Assembly: GCA_964016885.1 (NCBI GenBank) | Contig: OZ024751.1 | Location: forward strand, 10,292,001-10,356,000 | Reading direction: 5' to 3' | From: Eledone cirrhosa | Lineage: Eukaryota | DNA: 64,000 bases | Part shown: piece by piece, positions 1-12,601 of the stretch | Layout of the letters: each line of letters opens with the position of its first letter | Position numbering within the stretch: the stretch's first letter is position 1 | The notes under the pieces: generated by a model | Database searches by the model: none | The model's input: only the letters and a program-made list of their open reading frames with translations | Told to the model about the DNA's origin: nothing | Made by a program: the position numbers and the translations under genes

Positions 1-475
1 TAGCCTGACGCTCTAACCTCTTAGCCAATTTTAAGAAATTACTATTTCTCTATTAGTGTGTGTTTAGTGAGAAATTTGACTAGAAACTAAACATTGGTTT
101 CTAATTTTGGCACAAGGTCAGCAAATTTAGGGGAAGGGCAAAGTCAATTAAATTAACCCCAGTACTTGACTGGTATTTTATTTTATCAACCCCAGAAGGA
201 TGAAAGGCAAGGTTGATCTTGAAAGGATTTAAACAAGAAATTAAATAAAGTAGTGTAGTTGATAAAAGATGATGATGATGAGATATGTAATAAAAGGCCG
301 ATCATTTTCAAAAAGCCGGTACAATGTGGTAGAAAAATACAAAGGACAAATGATGACAAAACATTTAACATTATTATAGCTATGGTTAGCTTTCTATATA
401 GGACAGACACCACAGCTAAACACCTAATCTGATGTGTAAAACAATGATAGGAGGGGATGAAACAAAAATACTTAC

Positions 476-631
476 CTCTCGTATATCATTGTCGCTAAGA
501 TTTAACATTTTCAGTTGAGACAGTAGGCCAATATCTCCAGAAACTTTGTTAAGTCGATTAAAACTGACATCTAACATAGTGAGATTAGGAAATATTACCA
601 CTGGAGGTGGAGCTATACCAGATGATGCAGA
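476..631 (-). CDS. Lrrk: Lrrk-like coding exon 10 (LRR); gene continues beyond the left edge
   Basis: catttcag|TCTGCA...CGAGAG|gtaagt. Encodes VIFPNLTMLDVSFNRLNKVSGDIGLLSQLKMLNLSDNDIRE, phase 0-0. ROC-COR-kinase is expected downstream but is not visible. Confidence 0.9.
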
Positions 632-636
632 CTGAA

Positions 637-1102
637 ATGATAATAGCAATGTTGATAATAGCAATGTTGATAATACCAATATTGATAATAGCATTGTTGG
701 TAATAGCAATGTTGATAATAGCAATGTTGGTAATAGCAATGTTGATAATAGCAATGTTGATAACAGTAATGTTGATAATACCAATGTTGGTAATAGCAAG
801 GTTGGTAATAGCAAGGTTGATAATAGCAATGTTGATAATAGCAATGTTGATAACAGTAATGTTGATAATACCAATGTTGATAATAGCAACGTTGATAATA
901 GCAATATTGATAATACCAATGTTGATAATAGCAATATTGATAATACCAATATTGATAATAGCATTGTTGGTAATAGCAATGTTGGTAATAGCAATGTTGA
1001 TAATAGCAATGTTGATAATAGCAATGTTGATAATAGCAATGTTGATAATAGCAATATTGATAATAGCATTGTTGATAATAGCAATGTTGATAATAGCATT
1101 AT
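637..1102. repeat. 15-bp minisatellite (ATAATAGCAATGTTG)n
   Basis: About 30 units abutting the exon-10 acceptor. Confidence 0.95.
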
Positions 1103-1104
1103 TG

Positions 1105-2128
1105 TGGGTAGGTAGATAGCTAGGTATATGGGTAGGTAGGTATGTGGGTAGGTAAATAGGTACATACATAGGTAGGTAGGTAGATAGGTAGGCAGGTAGG
1201 TAGGCAGGTAGGTAGGTAGGTAGGTAGGTAGAGAGGTAGGTAGGTAGGTAGGTAGGTAGGCAGGCAGATAGGTAGGCAGAGAGGTAGGTAGGTAGGTAGG
1301 CAGACAGATAGGTAGGCAGGTAGGTAGGTACATAACTAAATAGGTAGGTAAGTAGATATGTAGTTAGGTAGTAGGAGGTAGTAGGTACATATGTAGTTAG
1401 GTAGGCAGGTAGATAGGTAGGTGGGTAGCTAGGTGGGTAGCTAGGTAGATAAGTAGGTAGGTAAGTGCATAACAAGGTAGGGAGATAGGTAAGTAAGTAC
1501 ATAGGTAGGTATGTAGGTAAGTACCTAAAAAGGTAGATAGGTGGGTAGATAGGTTGATATGTGGGTAGGTAGGTGGGTAGGTGGGTAAATAAGTAGGTAG
1601 GTAGTTAGGTGGGTTGGTAGCTGGGTTGGTAGGTGGGTGGGTAGGTGGGTGGGTAAGTAGGTAGGTGGGTAGGTGGGTGGGTAGGTAGGTAGGTAGGTAG
1701 ATAGGTAGGTTAATAGGTAGGTAGGTAGGTAGGTAGGTAGGTAGGTAGGTAAATAAGTAGGTAGGTAGGTAAGTAGTTAGGTGGGTTGGTAGGTTGGTAG
1801 GTAGGTAGGTAGGTAAGTAGGTAGGTAGGTGGGTAAGTAGGTAGGTAGGTGGGTAAGTAGGTAGGTAGGTTGGTAAGTAGGTAGGTAGGTGGGTAAGTAG
1901 GTAGGTAGGTTGGTAAGTAGGTAGGTTGGTAAGTAGGTAGGTAGGTAAGTAGGTAGGTAGGTAAGTAGGTAGGTGTGTAAGTAGGTAGGTAGGTAAGTAG
2001 GTAGGTGTGTAAGTAGGTAGGTAGGTAAGTAGGTAGGTGTGTAAGTAGGTAGCTAAGTAGGTAGGTGTGTAATTAGGTAGATAAATAGGTAGGTTGCTAG
2101 GTGGGAAGGTAGGTTGATAGGTAGGTAA
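1105..2128. repeat. (GGTA)n-type microsatellite
   Basis: Direct inspection. Confidence 0.95.
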
Positions 2129-2197
2129 TAAGACATAATCTCATGTGGTAGACAAAACAACAACAAAAATGAAGAAATCTTATGAAATAATTCTTAC

Positions 2198-2420
2198 ACT
2201 TCGGAAAGTTCCATCAGTTCCAACGGAGTTCCTTGAATGGCAAGAATCAGCAGATGTGTTGGCATTATGAATGAAGTTTAATGATAACAGACGGTTGGCA
2301 TGTAAATTTAATGTCTGTAAATTCACCAATATTCGGTGTTGGCGATGAACACAGGTGTTCAAGTCTTGGATATAAGAAGTAAATGGTGGTGTTCCACTGA
2401 GCCGCCAGGATGATGAACCC
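2198..2420 (-). CDS. Lrrk: Lrrk-like coding exon 9
   Basis: ctgtgtag|GGGTTC...CGAAGT|gtaaga, phase 2 to 0. CVHRQHRILVNLQTLNLHANRL matches the C-x-H-R-x-H + LRR segment of invertebrate Lrrk. Confidence 0.9.
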
Positions 2421-3365
2421 CTACACAGAAACAAAATATTATTTAGTTCTAAAAAAAATGTCAGTGTTCAATAATAATAATTGTTTCTACTTTAGGCCAG
2501 CAATTACCCAGCAATTACCCAGTGCATTACTGGTACTTTATTTTATCGACCTCGTAAGGATGAAAGGCAAAGTCAACCTCGGCAGGATTTGAACTCAGAT
2601 CGTAAAGAGACGTAACTATGCTGGAAAGCATGGCGTCCAACCCTCTACCGATACTGCCAATCCACCGTGTTCAATAATAATAATGGTTTCTTATATAGGC
2701 ACAAGGCCAGCAATTTTTTTTTTTGGGGGGGGGGGGGGGGGGGGCGATTAAATCGACCCCTCCATACACGTGTGTGTGTGTGTGTGTGTATGTATGTGTA
2801 GGAATCATGACTCACGTGTGTATGTGTGTGTATGTGTGTGTGGGGGGAATCATGACTCATACACTTCACTTTCCTGACATTTATACATTATTCTATGTAC
2901 TATACATGCAGCTTTGATGTGTTGTAGTGCACCTGAGCACTGTACAAAATAATTTCTATTATTATTATTATTATCATTTTAACCCTTCCTTTTCTTAGAA
3001 TCATCCAAACAGCACAGAAGACACCTTTTCAAAATAATTATGCTCATGTTATTGTTAAGAGACTAAATGCTCTACATTGGTCAGCTGACTTTGATAAGCA
3101 ACCAATCAAATAGTGACTATGACTATTCATGAACCTTATTTTTCATTAATATGGGAGTCTGCTGAAAAGTTCATAGGCTGACCAAGATATCCTCATGGAA
3201 TGACCAAATGAGGTTTATTTTTCAACATAGTCCCTGGAAAGAAACATTGCAGTTATTAATAAGAAGAGTTGAAATTAATGCACACAAGAATTCACAGCTC
3301 TACCATGACTCCTTCATAGTCAGCCTGTGAACTTTTCAGCTGACCCTCATAAAAGTATCACTTGT

Positions 3366-3590
3366 TTAACCCTTTAGCATTTAAACCAACCATATCTGGC
3401 CAAAATTCTCTCACCTCTTTCTGTTCAAACCATAACCGGCCACTCATACCAACATTAAGGTATTGTACTCAAAATAAATAATATCAAACTCTCATTGATT
3501 CGATATTATGTGAGATAATTATGTGAGGTAAAGCCTTTACCACGAAAATACAATAGTAAATGTAGAGTAACGCAAATGCTAAAGGGTTAA
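3366..3590. mobile_element. piggyBac-like TTAA MITE (~220 bp); further copies 9192-9414, 12642-12824, 14837-15040, 17561-17789, 30173-30388, 63780-64000
   Basis: TTAA-CCCTTTAGCATTT...AAATGCTAAAGGG-TTAA termini with a conserved interior. Confidence 0.9.
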
Positions 3591-3720
3591 CTTCATTTTT
3601 TCAAATAAAAAAAAATGGTTAAATATTTACTATATAGAGTGCTAACTTCTCTTTAACCTTGAAAGAAGAAGATATATTTCAAAAGACACACAACACAAAG
3701 AAATGACCAAATATACTTAC

Positions 3721-5168
3721 TGTTTGCTATTATAGCAAAACAATGACTCCGTACTTGTAGATGTAGAACCTTGTTTAGTCGACATATTGATTAGCCTGTT
3801 TTGACTGAGATCAAGTTCTCGCAACATTGATGGGTAAAAACTTAGATTGCCCCAATTGTAAATATCATTTTCAGAGATATTTAGTTGGTCCAGATTTGGG
3901 AAGCAACAAGCCAAACCCTCGGGAATTTCTTTCAGGTAATTAGAAGAAAGATTGAGAACTTTAAGGCCTAGTTTACGTCCGTTTTCATCGTTAGCTGGTA
4001 CTGCACTTTCAGTGCTCACTTGCAAACTGCTGTGCCAATAGACGCAATGTTGTACATCAGTCTTTAAGTTATGTGATAACACAGGGTCACTGTAATCTTC
4101 CAGCTCTTGACAGGTGGAATGTCCCAAAGTAAATACTTCTGAATTATCATTGCTGGAAATGCTGTCATTACATGAGTAGGTATTTGAATATCTTTGCCGA
4201 GTTGTCATCATTACTCGGCTCTGATAAGCTGGACAGATGAATGACCGCAAATTATTATAGGAGAAATCAACATTTTCTAATGAAGATGTGAACCAAAAAT
4301 CCTCCGGAATGTTCTCTAAGCGATTGTGGGAAACATTTAAATAAAATAGAATGGGCAAATGGAAGATGTAAGTTGGTAAACTAATTAATTGGTTGTGACT
4401 TATGTTCAATTTGACTAAATTTGGCCACAGTTCTCCAGTCTGTAAGGGGTTTGTTTCAGACAGAGTGTCAAACTCATTGTGTGAAATATCTAAGTAACAT
4501 AGAGAAGATAATTCATAGAATACGGATGGAAACTTTAATAATCTGTTGCCCTGAAGATTAATTCTTGTTATGGTACACAATGAGAGTTGTGTGTGACTGC
4601 TATTAAGGTAAGAGTTGTGAAGCAGAGAAGCAGAAATTAACCATGAGGTGTCCACAAATGTGAGGATATTTAAGTCCTGCCAGCAGAGAGAAACAGCAGT
4701 CATTGGAGGGTAAAGTTGTCCATCGAGATCAGAAGAGGTAAAGCTTTCAATGTTACCACTCTCAGACATAAATGACAGCTCGGAAGCCTTCTGCTTCACT
4801 TGGTTACGATCGATATGACAGTGAGAGTCCGGTACAGTTTTATATTTCAGGATCACACCGAGCATTTCGATATCATGAGATATTTCAGCAGCCATGAGAA
4901 TATGGTTGCGATCATCTTTGGCACCATGTTGTAGAAGAAGATCAACTAGAGATATATAACCATAATCAGAAGCTGTTTTCAAGACAAATGTCAGTTCATT
5001 TGGATCAGCCCTAATTCCTGTATTCATACCAGTTTCTAACAATATACTGGCAATTTCCTGGAAATTATGAAGAACAGCTATTTGTAGAGGACTCAAACCA
5101 TTAACAGTAAATGGTTTACATAAGTGAACAGTGGGAAACATTTGGCTCTGTGTCATACTTTCAGAAGT
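3721..5168 (-). CDS. Lrrk: Lrrk-like coding exon 8 (last ankyrins plus LRR block)
   Basis: ctttttag|ACTTCT...AAACA|gtaagt, 1448 nt. Ankyrin SPLQIAVLHNFQEIASILLETG, then multiple LxxLxLSxNxL LRRs, including LKVLNLSSNYLKEIPEGLACCFPNLDQLNIS...YPSMLRELDLSQN, which resembles invertebrate Lrrk as recalled. Confidence 0.95.
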
Positions 5169-5963
5169 CTAAAAAGAGGAAAATTAAAAGAAAGAGAAAA
5201 ATCTTGTTAGATGTTAGTAAACAAATTTTATGCATTATATACACACACACACACACATACGCATACATATATCAATAATCATCATAATAATATATGTATA
5301 CATATATTATTATGATGATTATTATGATTATGATGACTACTACTACTATTGTTATTCTACAATAAATATTTTGTAACTTAAAGAAATCAATACTTAAGTT
5401 TGTAAGTTCGTAGAGAGCATATAAATTTATTATCTGATATTTATCAAGGCAAATATTACACACACACACACATTGTGTGTGTGTGTATATATATGTATAT
5501 ATATATATATATATCCAGGGTGTGTAATGTCATTACTGCAGCAGATGTCCGATGAGCTTTTGATTCCAGAATGAGGTCAGATCGATACAGATTGAACCTT
5601 GACCTGATCAATAGCGAAATGCATGTCACCAATCAATAAATGTAATGAAGGCTTAACAAATCATCCTTGTATTATTATATTATTATATATAACAAAGAAG
5701 GTGTGGTAAGATACCAGGTGGACCATAACACACCAGAGTACTCAATGCTTAGGGTAGTAGAGTAGGTAATAGGAAAAGAGTCAGGACCTCAACGGCTGAG
5801 CTCCGGCCGTTTGGACAGGTAGATCCGAACTGTTCGGATCTACCTGTCAAAATATATATAAAGGGCAGTGGAAGCTTTTCTGAATTGGAAGTGCCAAATT
5901 TGTTTAATTTAGTTGTAATGATTAGATTAGCTGTTATCATCAAATATCAACCAAGATAGAAAA

Positions 5964-7082
5964 ATAGCAATATGACATAGCAAAGCAATATAGCATAGCC
6001 ATATGACATAGCAATATGACATAGCCATATGACATAGCAATATGGCATAGCAATATGACATAGCAATATGACATAGCAATATGACATAGCAATATGACAT
6101 AGCAATATAGCATAGCAATATGACATAGCAATATGGCATAGCAATATGACATAGCAATATGACATAGCAATATAGCATAGCAATATGACATAGCAATATG
6201 GCATAGCAATATAGCATAGCAATATGACATAGCAATATGACATAGCAATATGACATAGCAATATGACATAGCCATATGACATAGCCATATGACATAGCCA
6301 TATGACATAGCAATATGACATAGCCATATGACATAGCAATATGACATAGCCATATGACATAGCAATATGACATAGCCATATGACATAGCAATATGACATA
6401 GCCATATGACATAGCAATATGACATAGCCATATGACATAGCCATATGACATAGCCATATGACATAGCCATATGACATAGCCATATGACATAGCCATATGA
6501 CATAGCCAATATGACATAGCAATATGACATAGCAATATGACATAGCAATATGACATAGCAATATGACATAGCCATATGACATAGCCATATGACATAGCAA
6601 TATGACATAACAATATGGCATAGCAATATGACATAGCCAATATGACATAAGCAATATGACATAGCAACACAGATAGCAACACAACATACTAACATGACAT
6701 AGCAACATAACATAGCAACACGACATAGCAACACGACATAGCAACACGACATAGCAACACGACATAGCAACACGACATAGCAACACGACATAGCAACACG
6801 ACATAGCAATACGGCATAGCAACACAACATAGCAACACGGCATAGCAACACGGCATAGCAACACGGCATAGCAACACGGCATAGCAATACGGCATAGCAA
6901 TACGGCATAGCAACACAACATAGCAACACAACATAGCAACACAACATAGCAACACAACATAGCAACACAACATAGCAACACAACATAGCAACACAACATA
7001 GCAACACGGCATAGCAACACGGCATAGCAACACGGCATAGCAACACGGCATAGCAACACGGCATAGCAACACGGCATAGCAA
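5964..7082. repeat. 13-bp minisatellite (GACATAGCAATAT / GGCATAGCAACAC)n
   Basis: About 85 units with variant blocks. Confidence 0.95.
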
Positions 7083-7099
7083 CCCAGTATTATCTCTAC

Positions 7100-7414
7100 C
7101 TTTTCTGGAATAGATTTCACGCAGGTTTTACATGCTGGTAATTCCTTGTGTAACATGTACTTGACAACACTGAAGTGTCCATTCTCACAGGCATGGTACA
7201 AGGCTGACTTGGAATCAAAGTCTAGGGTGTCAGGATCAAAGGCATGGTGGAAATGTTGATTGCCATCTGTTGTATGATTGATTTGCATCAATGCTTGATC
7301 AGGATATGGAAATTCCAGTAATAAGGAAACAATATCTAGTTTACCATTCATTGCAGCATAATGTATAGCCAATCTTCCATTGGGGCAGCGTAGAGCTGCA
7401 TTCTCTGGATATTT
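7100..7414 (-). CDS. Lrrk: Lrrk-like coding exon 7 (ankyrin repeats)
   Basis: tttttcag|AAATATCCA...GAAAAG|gtagag. Encodes KYPENAALRCPNGRLAIHYAAMNGKLDIVSLLL...SALYHACENGHFSVVKYML. 315 nt, phase 0-0. The donor is weaker than the others. Confidence 0.88.
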
Positions 7415-7442
7415 CTGAAAAACAATCATTATATTATTATAA

Positions 7443-8072
7443 AGGGCGGTGAATTGGCAGTATCAGTAGAGGGTTGGACGCCATGCTTTCTAGCATAGTT
7501 ACGTCCCTCTACGGTTTGAGTTCAAATCCCATCAAGGTTAACTTTGCCTTTCATCCTTACGGGGTCGATAAAATAAAGTACCAGTAATGTACTGGGTAAT
7601 TGCTGGCCTTGTGCCAAAAGTAGAAACAATTATATTATTATACAGGCAGTGGATTGGCAGTATCGGTAGAGGGTCGGACGCCATGCTTTGACGCATAGAT
7701 TTACGGCCCTTTCCAATCTGAGTTCAAATCCCGCCGAGGTAAACTTTGCCTTTCATCCTTACGGGTTCAATAAAATAAAGTACCAGTAATACACTGGGTA
7801 ATTTTTGGCCTTGTGCCAAAAGTAGAAAATTATATTATTATAATTATTATCATTATCATCATTATTATTATTACCCTGTGGAGGGAGGTGGATTGGCAGT
7901 ATCAGTAGAGGGTCAGACGCCATACTTTACAGCAAAGAGTTACGGTCCTTTATGGTCTGAGTTCAAATCCCGCCGAGGTCAACTTTGCCTTTCATCCTTA
8001 CGGGGTCGATAAAATAAAGTACCAGTAATGTACTGAGATAATTGCAGGCCTTGTGCCAAAAGTAGAAACAAT
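7443..8072 (+). mobile_element. Three head-to-tail copies of tRNA-derived SINE family A (Deu/Nin-like core)
   Basis: A-box tggcagtatcggtag, B-box gagttcaaatccc, core gcctttcatccttacggggtcgataaaataaagtaccag, tail ggccttgtgccaaaagtagaaacaattatt. Confidence 0.9.
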
Positions 8073-8974
8073 TATTAATATTACGCTTGAGCGTCTCCTC
8101 CCTATTTAGGAACCTTCTTTGTTTTAATTTTATTGTTATCTTTTTTTTAGCATTGTTAAAATTTGTTTACACGCAAAACCCACACACCAACACACATGCT
8201 ATGTTTTCATCCTGTACTGTCAATGTTTTTCTTGATGTAAATCCTTTGTGGTTACGTATCAGTAAAGAGTCGGATGCCATGCTTTGCAGCATAGAGTAAC
8301 AACCCTTTATTGTTTGAGTTCAAATCCTGCCGAGGTTAACTTTGCCTTTCATCCTTACGGGGTCGATAAAATAAAGTACCAGTAATGCACTCGGGTTGAT
8401 TTGATCAACTTTCCCTTTCTCTTCAAATTTCTGGCCTTGTGACAAAGGTGTGATGAGAGTGAAGAGAAGAAAAGAAACAGGTCTTGCTGATGTGGTTTTA
8501 TGTGAATTGTTAATTTATATGTTTATAGTATCTTTACTAGTGGAGAGATTGTTGTTAAAATTTATAGTATTAAGATAAAGACTTGAATTTTTAATGTGAT
8601 GACAATATAATGCTGTTTTATACTTTTCAACAATGGATTAGAGGACGTTAAGAGTTCTTCTTCCTCACCCACTTATTCATAAGAGGGTCATGGAGGCAGA
8701 GTCCTCAAACACTCCTTCCAACAGGTCCTGTCAGAAGCAACAGATTCCAACTGATCCGACTGGATCACCAAACGAGACCAGCCAAGCCCATGGATGTTAT
8801 CCAACCATCTTGCTCGGGGTCTACCCCTGGGTCTCTAGCTGGTTGGGTTTGCCCATAAAATCTGTCCAGCGAATCATTCCCGAGACACTCTAACTACATG
8901 CCCACATGTTAAGGGTTAACAATCATAAAAGGTTGTTTTATTTTTCAAATATTTGAATAAATAACATATCTCAC

Positions 8975-9119
8975 CTCAAGTAACAACAAAGTCACTTCTA
9001 AGTGACCTTCTTCACAGGATACATGTAATGGAGACTTCTCACCAAAACTAATGCTATCCACTTCCAGATTTATTGTGAGTAAAAGGCGAACTAGATCCTT
9101 CTCTCCTGATCTGCATACA
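8975..9119 (-). CDS. Lrrk: Lrrk-like coding exon 6 (ankyrin repeats)
   Basis: cttttccag|TGTATGC...CTTGAG|gtgaga. Encodes (C)VCRSGEKDLVRLLL...KSPLHVSCEEGHLEVTLLLLE. Phase 2 to 0. Confidence 0.92.
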
Positions 9120-10499
9120 CTGGAAAAGAAAAAGAAAATAAATACACAAGTAAATCAAGAGACAGGTGATGATGTTAAACTAGCTAACAGATTAACCCTT
9201 TAGCATTTAAACTGGCCATATCCAGCCAGAACTCTCTCACCTCTTTCTATTAAAACTGGCTGTAACTGGCTACTCATACTGATATTAAGATACTATTCTC
9301 AAAATAAATATCGAAATCTCATAGATTCGATATGTGAGATAATTATGTGAGATAAAGCCTTTACTGTGAAAATACAATAGTTGATATAGAGTAATGTAAA
9401 TGCTAAAGGGTTAAGTCTATAACCCAAGAACAATCCATCTGACAGGCATCCACATAGGTTCTATCTACCAAATCTCATTGTTAGATATTTATAAGTCAAG
9501 AACATTGATGGAAGCTACTGATGAAATACAAAATAAACTGAAGTATAAATTTATTAGATAATTCAACTCTGTGAAAGCATGCAACTTAGTGGTTAGAATG
9601 TTGAACTTGTAAGGTTGCAAGTTCAATCACAGGTGAAAGAAACAAAATGACAGAATTTAACCATTTTGATACCAACATACTCAAAACTGTTTCTGGCTTT
9701 ATCAAACAAAACTACCTATTTTAAAGGGTCCCCCATTTAAATTATATGCCCAGCCATAATTTGATATAAGAACCTTTTGTTAAGTCATGTCACAAACACC
9801 ATCTTAATAATGAGATAATAATTTTAGTAAATCCTTCCACATACTTTGTTTGATGGGTTCAGCAGTCAACTAGCCTGTCCCTCCTCATAACAGTGCCATC
9901 CAGTTCCACACTGTAAATGTGGTTGGTGTTAGGAAGGGCATCCAGCTGTAAAATCTCAGCCAAATTTACAGTCCCATCGGAGCAAGGTATGGTGTGGCCA
10001 ATTCTGGCCAGACTTGTCTCCCAACATGGATAACCCGTCTAACCCATGCAAGCATGAAAAAGTGGATGCTAAATGGTGGTTATGATGAAGATGATAATTT
10101 ATAAACTAAGTCAAATAGAGTGTATTTCATTAAAAATACAGCAATGGAAGAGTTAAAAGAGAAATTAATTCAAGATTCAAATGTGGTGACATGTTGAGAC
10201 GAAGCTTATTAGTCCACCATGTTCCATAGCATATATATGACGGGTTGCTGAAAAGTTCCTGGCTTTGGGTAAAAGAAAATACAGGAGAATCAGTTAATTA
10301 TGATTTTATTCAACATATTCCCCTCACAGATTCACACACTTATTGCTGCAGTCCTTCAGTTTTTCTAAGACATGTAAAAAGAACTCAGGTGGGCCACCAG
10401 CCAGGCCTCTGTAGCAGCGATCAAGCCAGGAACTTTTCACACCACCCCACACATATAGTTATATGATATCTTCATATACAGGTGTGTGATATCTTCAGA

Positions 10500-10695
10500 T
10501 ACAAGGGGGTGCAGAAAAGTTCCTTGCTTGGGGTAAAAAAAAATACAGGAGAATCAGTTAATTATGATTTTATTCAACATATTCCCTTCTCAGATTCACA
10601 CACTTATTGCAGCAGTCCTACCACCTCAGTAAAGGTAACAGCTCAGCCCTTTTGTGATACCCTTAAAGCCAAGAACTTTTCAGCTCCCCCTTGTA
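10500..10695. mobile_element. Mariner-like MITE; related copies 10238-10452, 3150-3351, 18068-18391
   Basis: TA-CAAGGGGGTGCAGAAAAGTTC...GAACTTTTCAGCTCCCCCTTG-TA inverted termini. Confidence 0.75.
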
Positions 10696-10714
10696 TTATT
10701 AACTAAATACCTAC

Positions 10715-10832
10715 CATAAAAGTGTGTGATTGTATTTCATGGCACTAATGCTAGTTTCTGCAAGGTCACCCATCTGCTCCCGTAACTCCAAAGCTTTCGG
10801 CATATCTCGTTCTTCACAAGCTAATAAAAATT
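10715..10832 (-). CDS. Lrrk: Lrrk-like coding exon 5
   Basis: tttttacag|AATTTTTA...TTATG|gtaggt. Encodes (E)FLLACEERDMPKALELREQMGDLAETSISAMKYNHTLL. Phase 1 to 2. Confidence 0.85.
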
Positions 10833-11329
10833 CTGTAAAAAAAAAAAAAAAGTTACGATAGGAGTAATCCAAAGATCTTGTCCTAAGAAGAGAACGGACC
10901 TACCTTTGTATTTCCACTCATATCCGGACTAAATCTACCTGTGTTATACACATCTGTTTTGCATCTGGCCAGAGAACATAGCAAACTCACTCACTCACAC
11001 GATACATAGGTCCTGATTCACAGCTCAGAAATGAAGAGCCAGATACTGCCCATGCTTCCTCTGATGTGACATCACTGGCTCCTCACTTCCAGCAAGATTG
11101 ACCCTTGCACTTCTAGTTCCTTAGCCCCCCCATGACGGGTGGAGAGATGCTGTGCTGAATAGGACCCGTCCAACCCTCCTATCTTACATCAAATAATCAA
11201 AAGTTAGAAGTTTTTATCTTTTCCGCATCTCCTTGAAATAAAAACAGATAGAAATTCACACATTTGTTTTTTCTTACTAAGTAATACACATTCTAAGTAA
11301 GAAAAATAATCGCAAAGAATCCAGTCATT

Positions 11330-11705
11330 TGAGCACAAGTGCTTCAGAAGGTTGCTCTACACCCCATACACAGGAGCACAAAACAAACAGCTTTGTCAGG
11401 CAGCAAGTTAACAAATATGCTGACAGACAGGAACCACTCCTTGCGATAGTGAAAAGATGGAAGCTTGCCTGGTATGATCATATATCCTGCTACAACTCCT
11501 TCAGGGCACAGTCGAGGGAGGGCAAAGAAAAGGCAGACAAAGAAAAATCCTGGTCAAACAACATCAAAGACTGGACTGGTCACAACACTGAGACCCTACT
11601 ACACATAACAGAGAATAGAGACCAATGGCGACAACAGACTGAAAAGGTGTCTAGAGTGGCACCCTAATGACTGGTTGCACCAGTTGCAGGAACATGATGA
11701 TGATG
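11330..11705 (+). mobile_element. RTE-like LINE 3' remnant (third family)
   Basis: EHKTNSFVRQQV...LLAIVKRWKLAWYDHI...SWSNNIKDWTG...ENRDQWR, with a (TGA)n tail. Confidence 0.75.
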
Positions 11706-11896
11706 AATAGACATTATTACAATTTAGCCCCAGGTCAGCTTTGATCAAGTAGACTTGTGATTAAAAACATTCTATCTGGGACCATTTCATCTCCTTTCAT
11801 CAGACACAGGTATCTAGGATACAATACCCATAGTATCCTCCATATTTTTATATCAGTAAAAAAGGGGGAAATAAATACCCTTAAAAAACAACTCAC

Positions 11897-11932
11897 CTTC
11901 CCCAATTTTAGCCCATTTTGCTGTTCTTTTGG
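11897..11932 (-). CDS. Lrrk: Lrrk-like coding exon 4 (36-nt symmetric micro-exon)
   Basis: Strong pyrimidine tract ttttcttttctttcttttag|CCAAAAG...GGGGAAG|gtgagt. Phase 1-1, open, encodes (A)KRTAKWAKIGE. Confidence 0.75.
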
Positions 11933-12009
11933 CTAAAAGAAAGAAAAGAAAATAAAAAGAAATGTTACCATCAATAATAAAGAAAAATATATGTAAAGAC
12001 AAATATTTA

Positions 12010-12601
12010 TCAGATTAGCATGAGAGGGGGGTGTCCCAAGGCCATAGTATCTAGAATAAGGACGGGATGGAAGAAGTTTAGGGAGCTGCTTCCTCTGTTG
12101 ACAAAAAAGGGTTTCTCCCTGCGTACGAAAGAACGGTTATATGATGCCTGTGTGAGATGCGCGATGCTGCATGGTAGTGTGACATGGGCAGCAACTGCAG
12201 AAGATATGCGACGGCTGGAGAGAAATGAAGCAAGTATGCTCCATTGGATGTGCAATGTCAGTGTGCGTGAACAACCAAGCATAGACGAGTTGAGAGAGAG
12301 ACTGGGTATAGGAGGGATAAGCGGTGGTGTGCAGGAGAGAAGGCTGGGATGGTATGGACATGTGATGTGCATGGAGGATGACTGATGGGGGAAGAAGTGC
12401 CAGGAAGTCCCAGTGGAGGGAAGACGCAGTAGAGGAAGACCACAAAAAACATGGGCGGAGTTGGTGAGAGCAGACCTCAGATTGCTGAAACTCACGGAGG
12501 AGATGACGAAGGACCATAACGGGTGGAGAGATGCTGTGCTGAATAGGACCCGTCCAACCCTTGCAAGCAGGGAAAAGCAGACGTAAAATGATGATGATGA
12601 T
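12010..12601 (+). mobile_element. RTE-clade LINE 3' fragment, same family as 24868-25938
   Basis: SRIRTGWKKFRELLPLL...RLYDACVR...WYGHVM, with a premature stop and a (GAT)n tail. Confidence 0.9.

Noticed and set aside
416-1502. 305-aa and 170-aa ORFs
   Set aside because: They are translations of the 15-bp and GGTA repeats. Only 476-631 is a real exon.
5927-7082. Cys-rich 250-380-aa ORFs
   Set aside because: A 13-bp minisatellite that is open in all three minus-strand frames.
7443-7540. tRNA genes at A/B-box motifs
   Set aside because: These are SINE heads followed by a conserved core and tail, with no proper cloverleaf.
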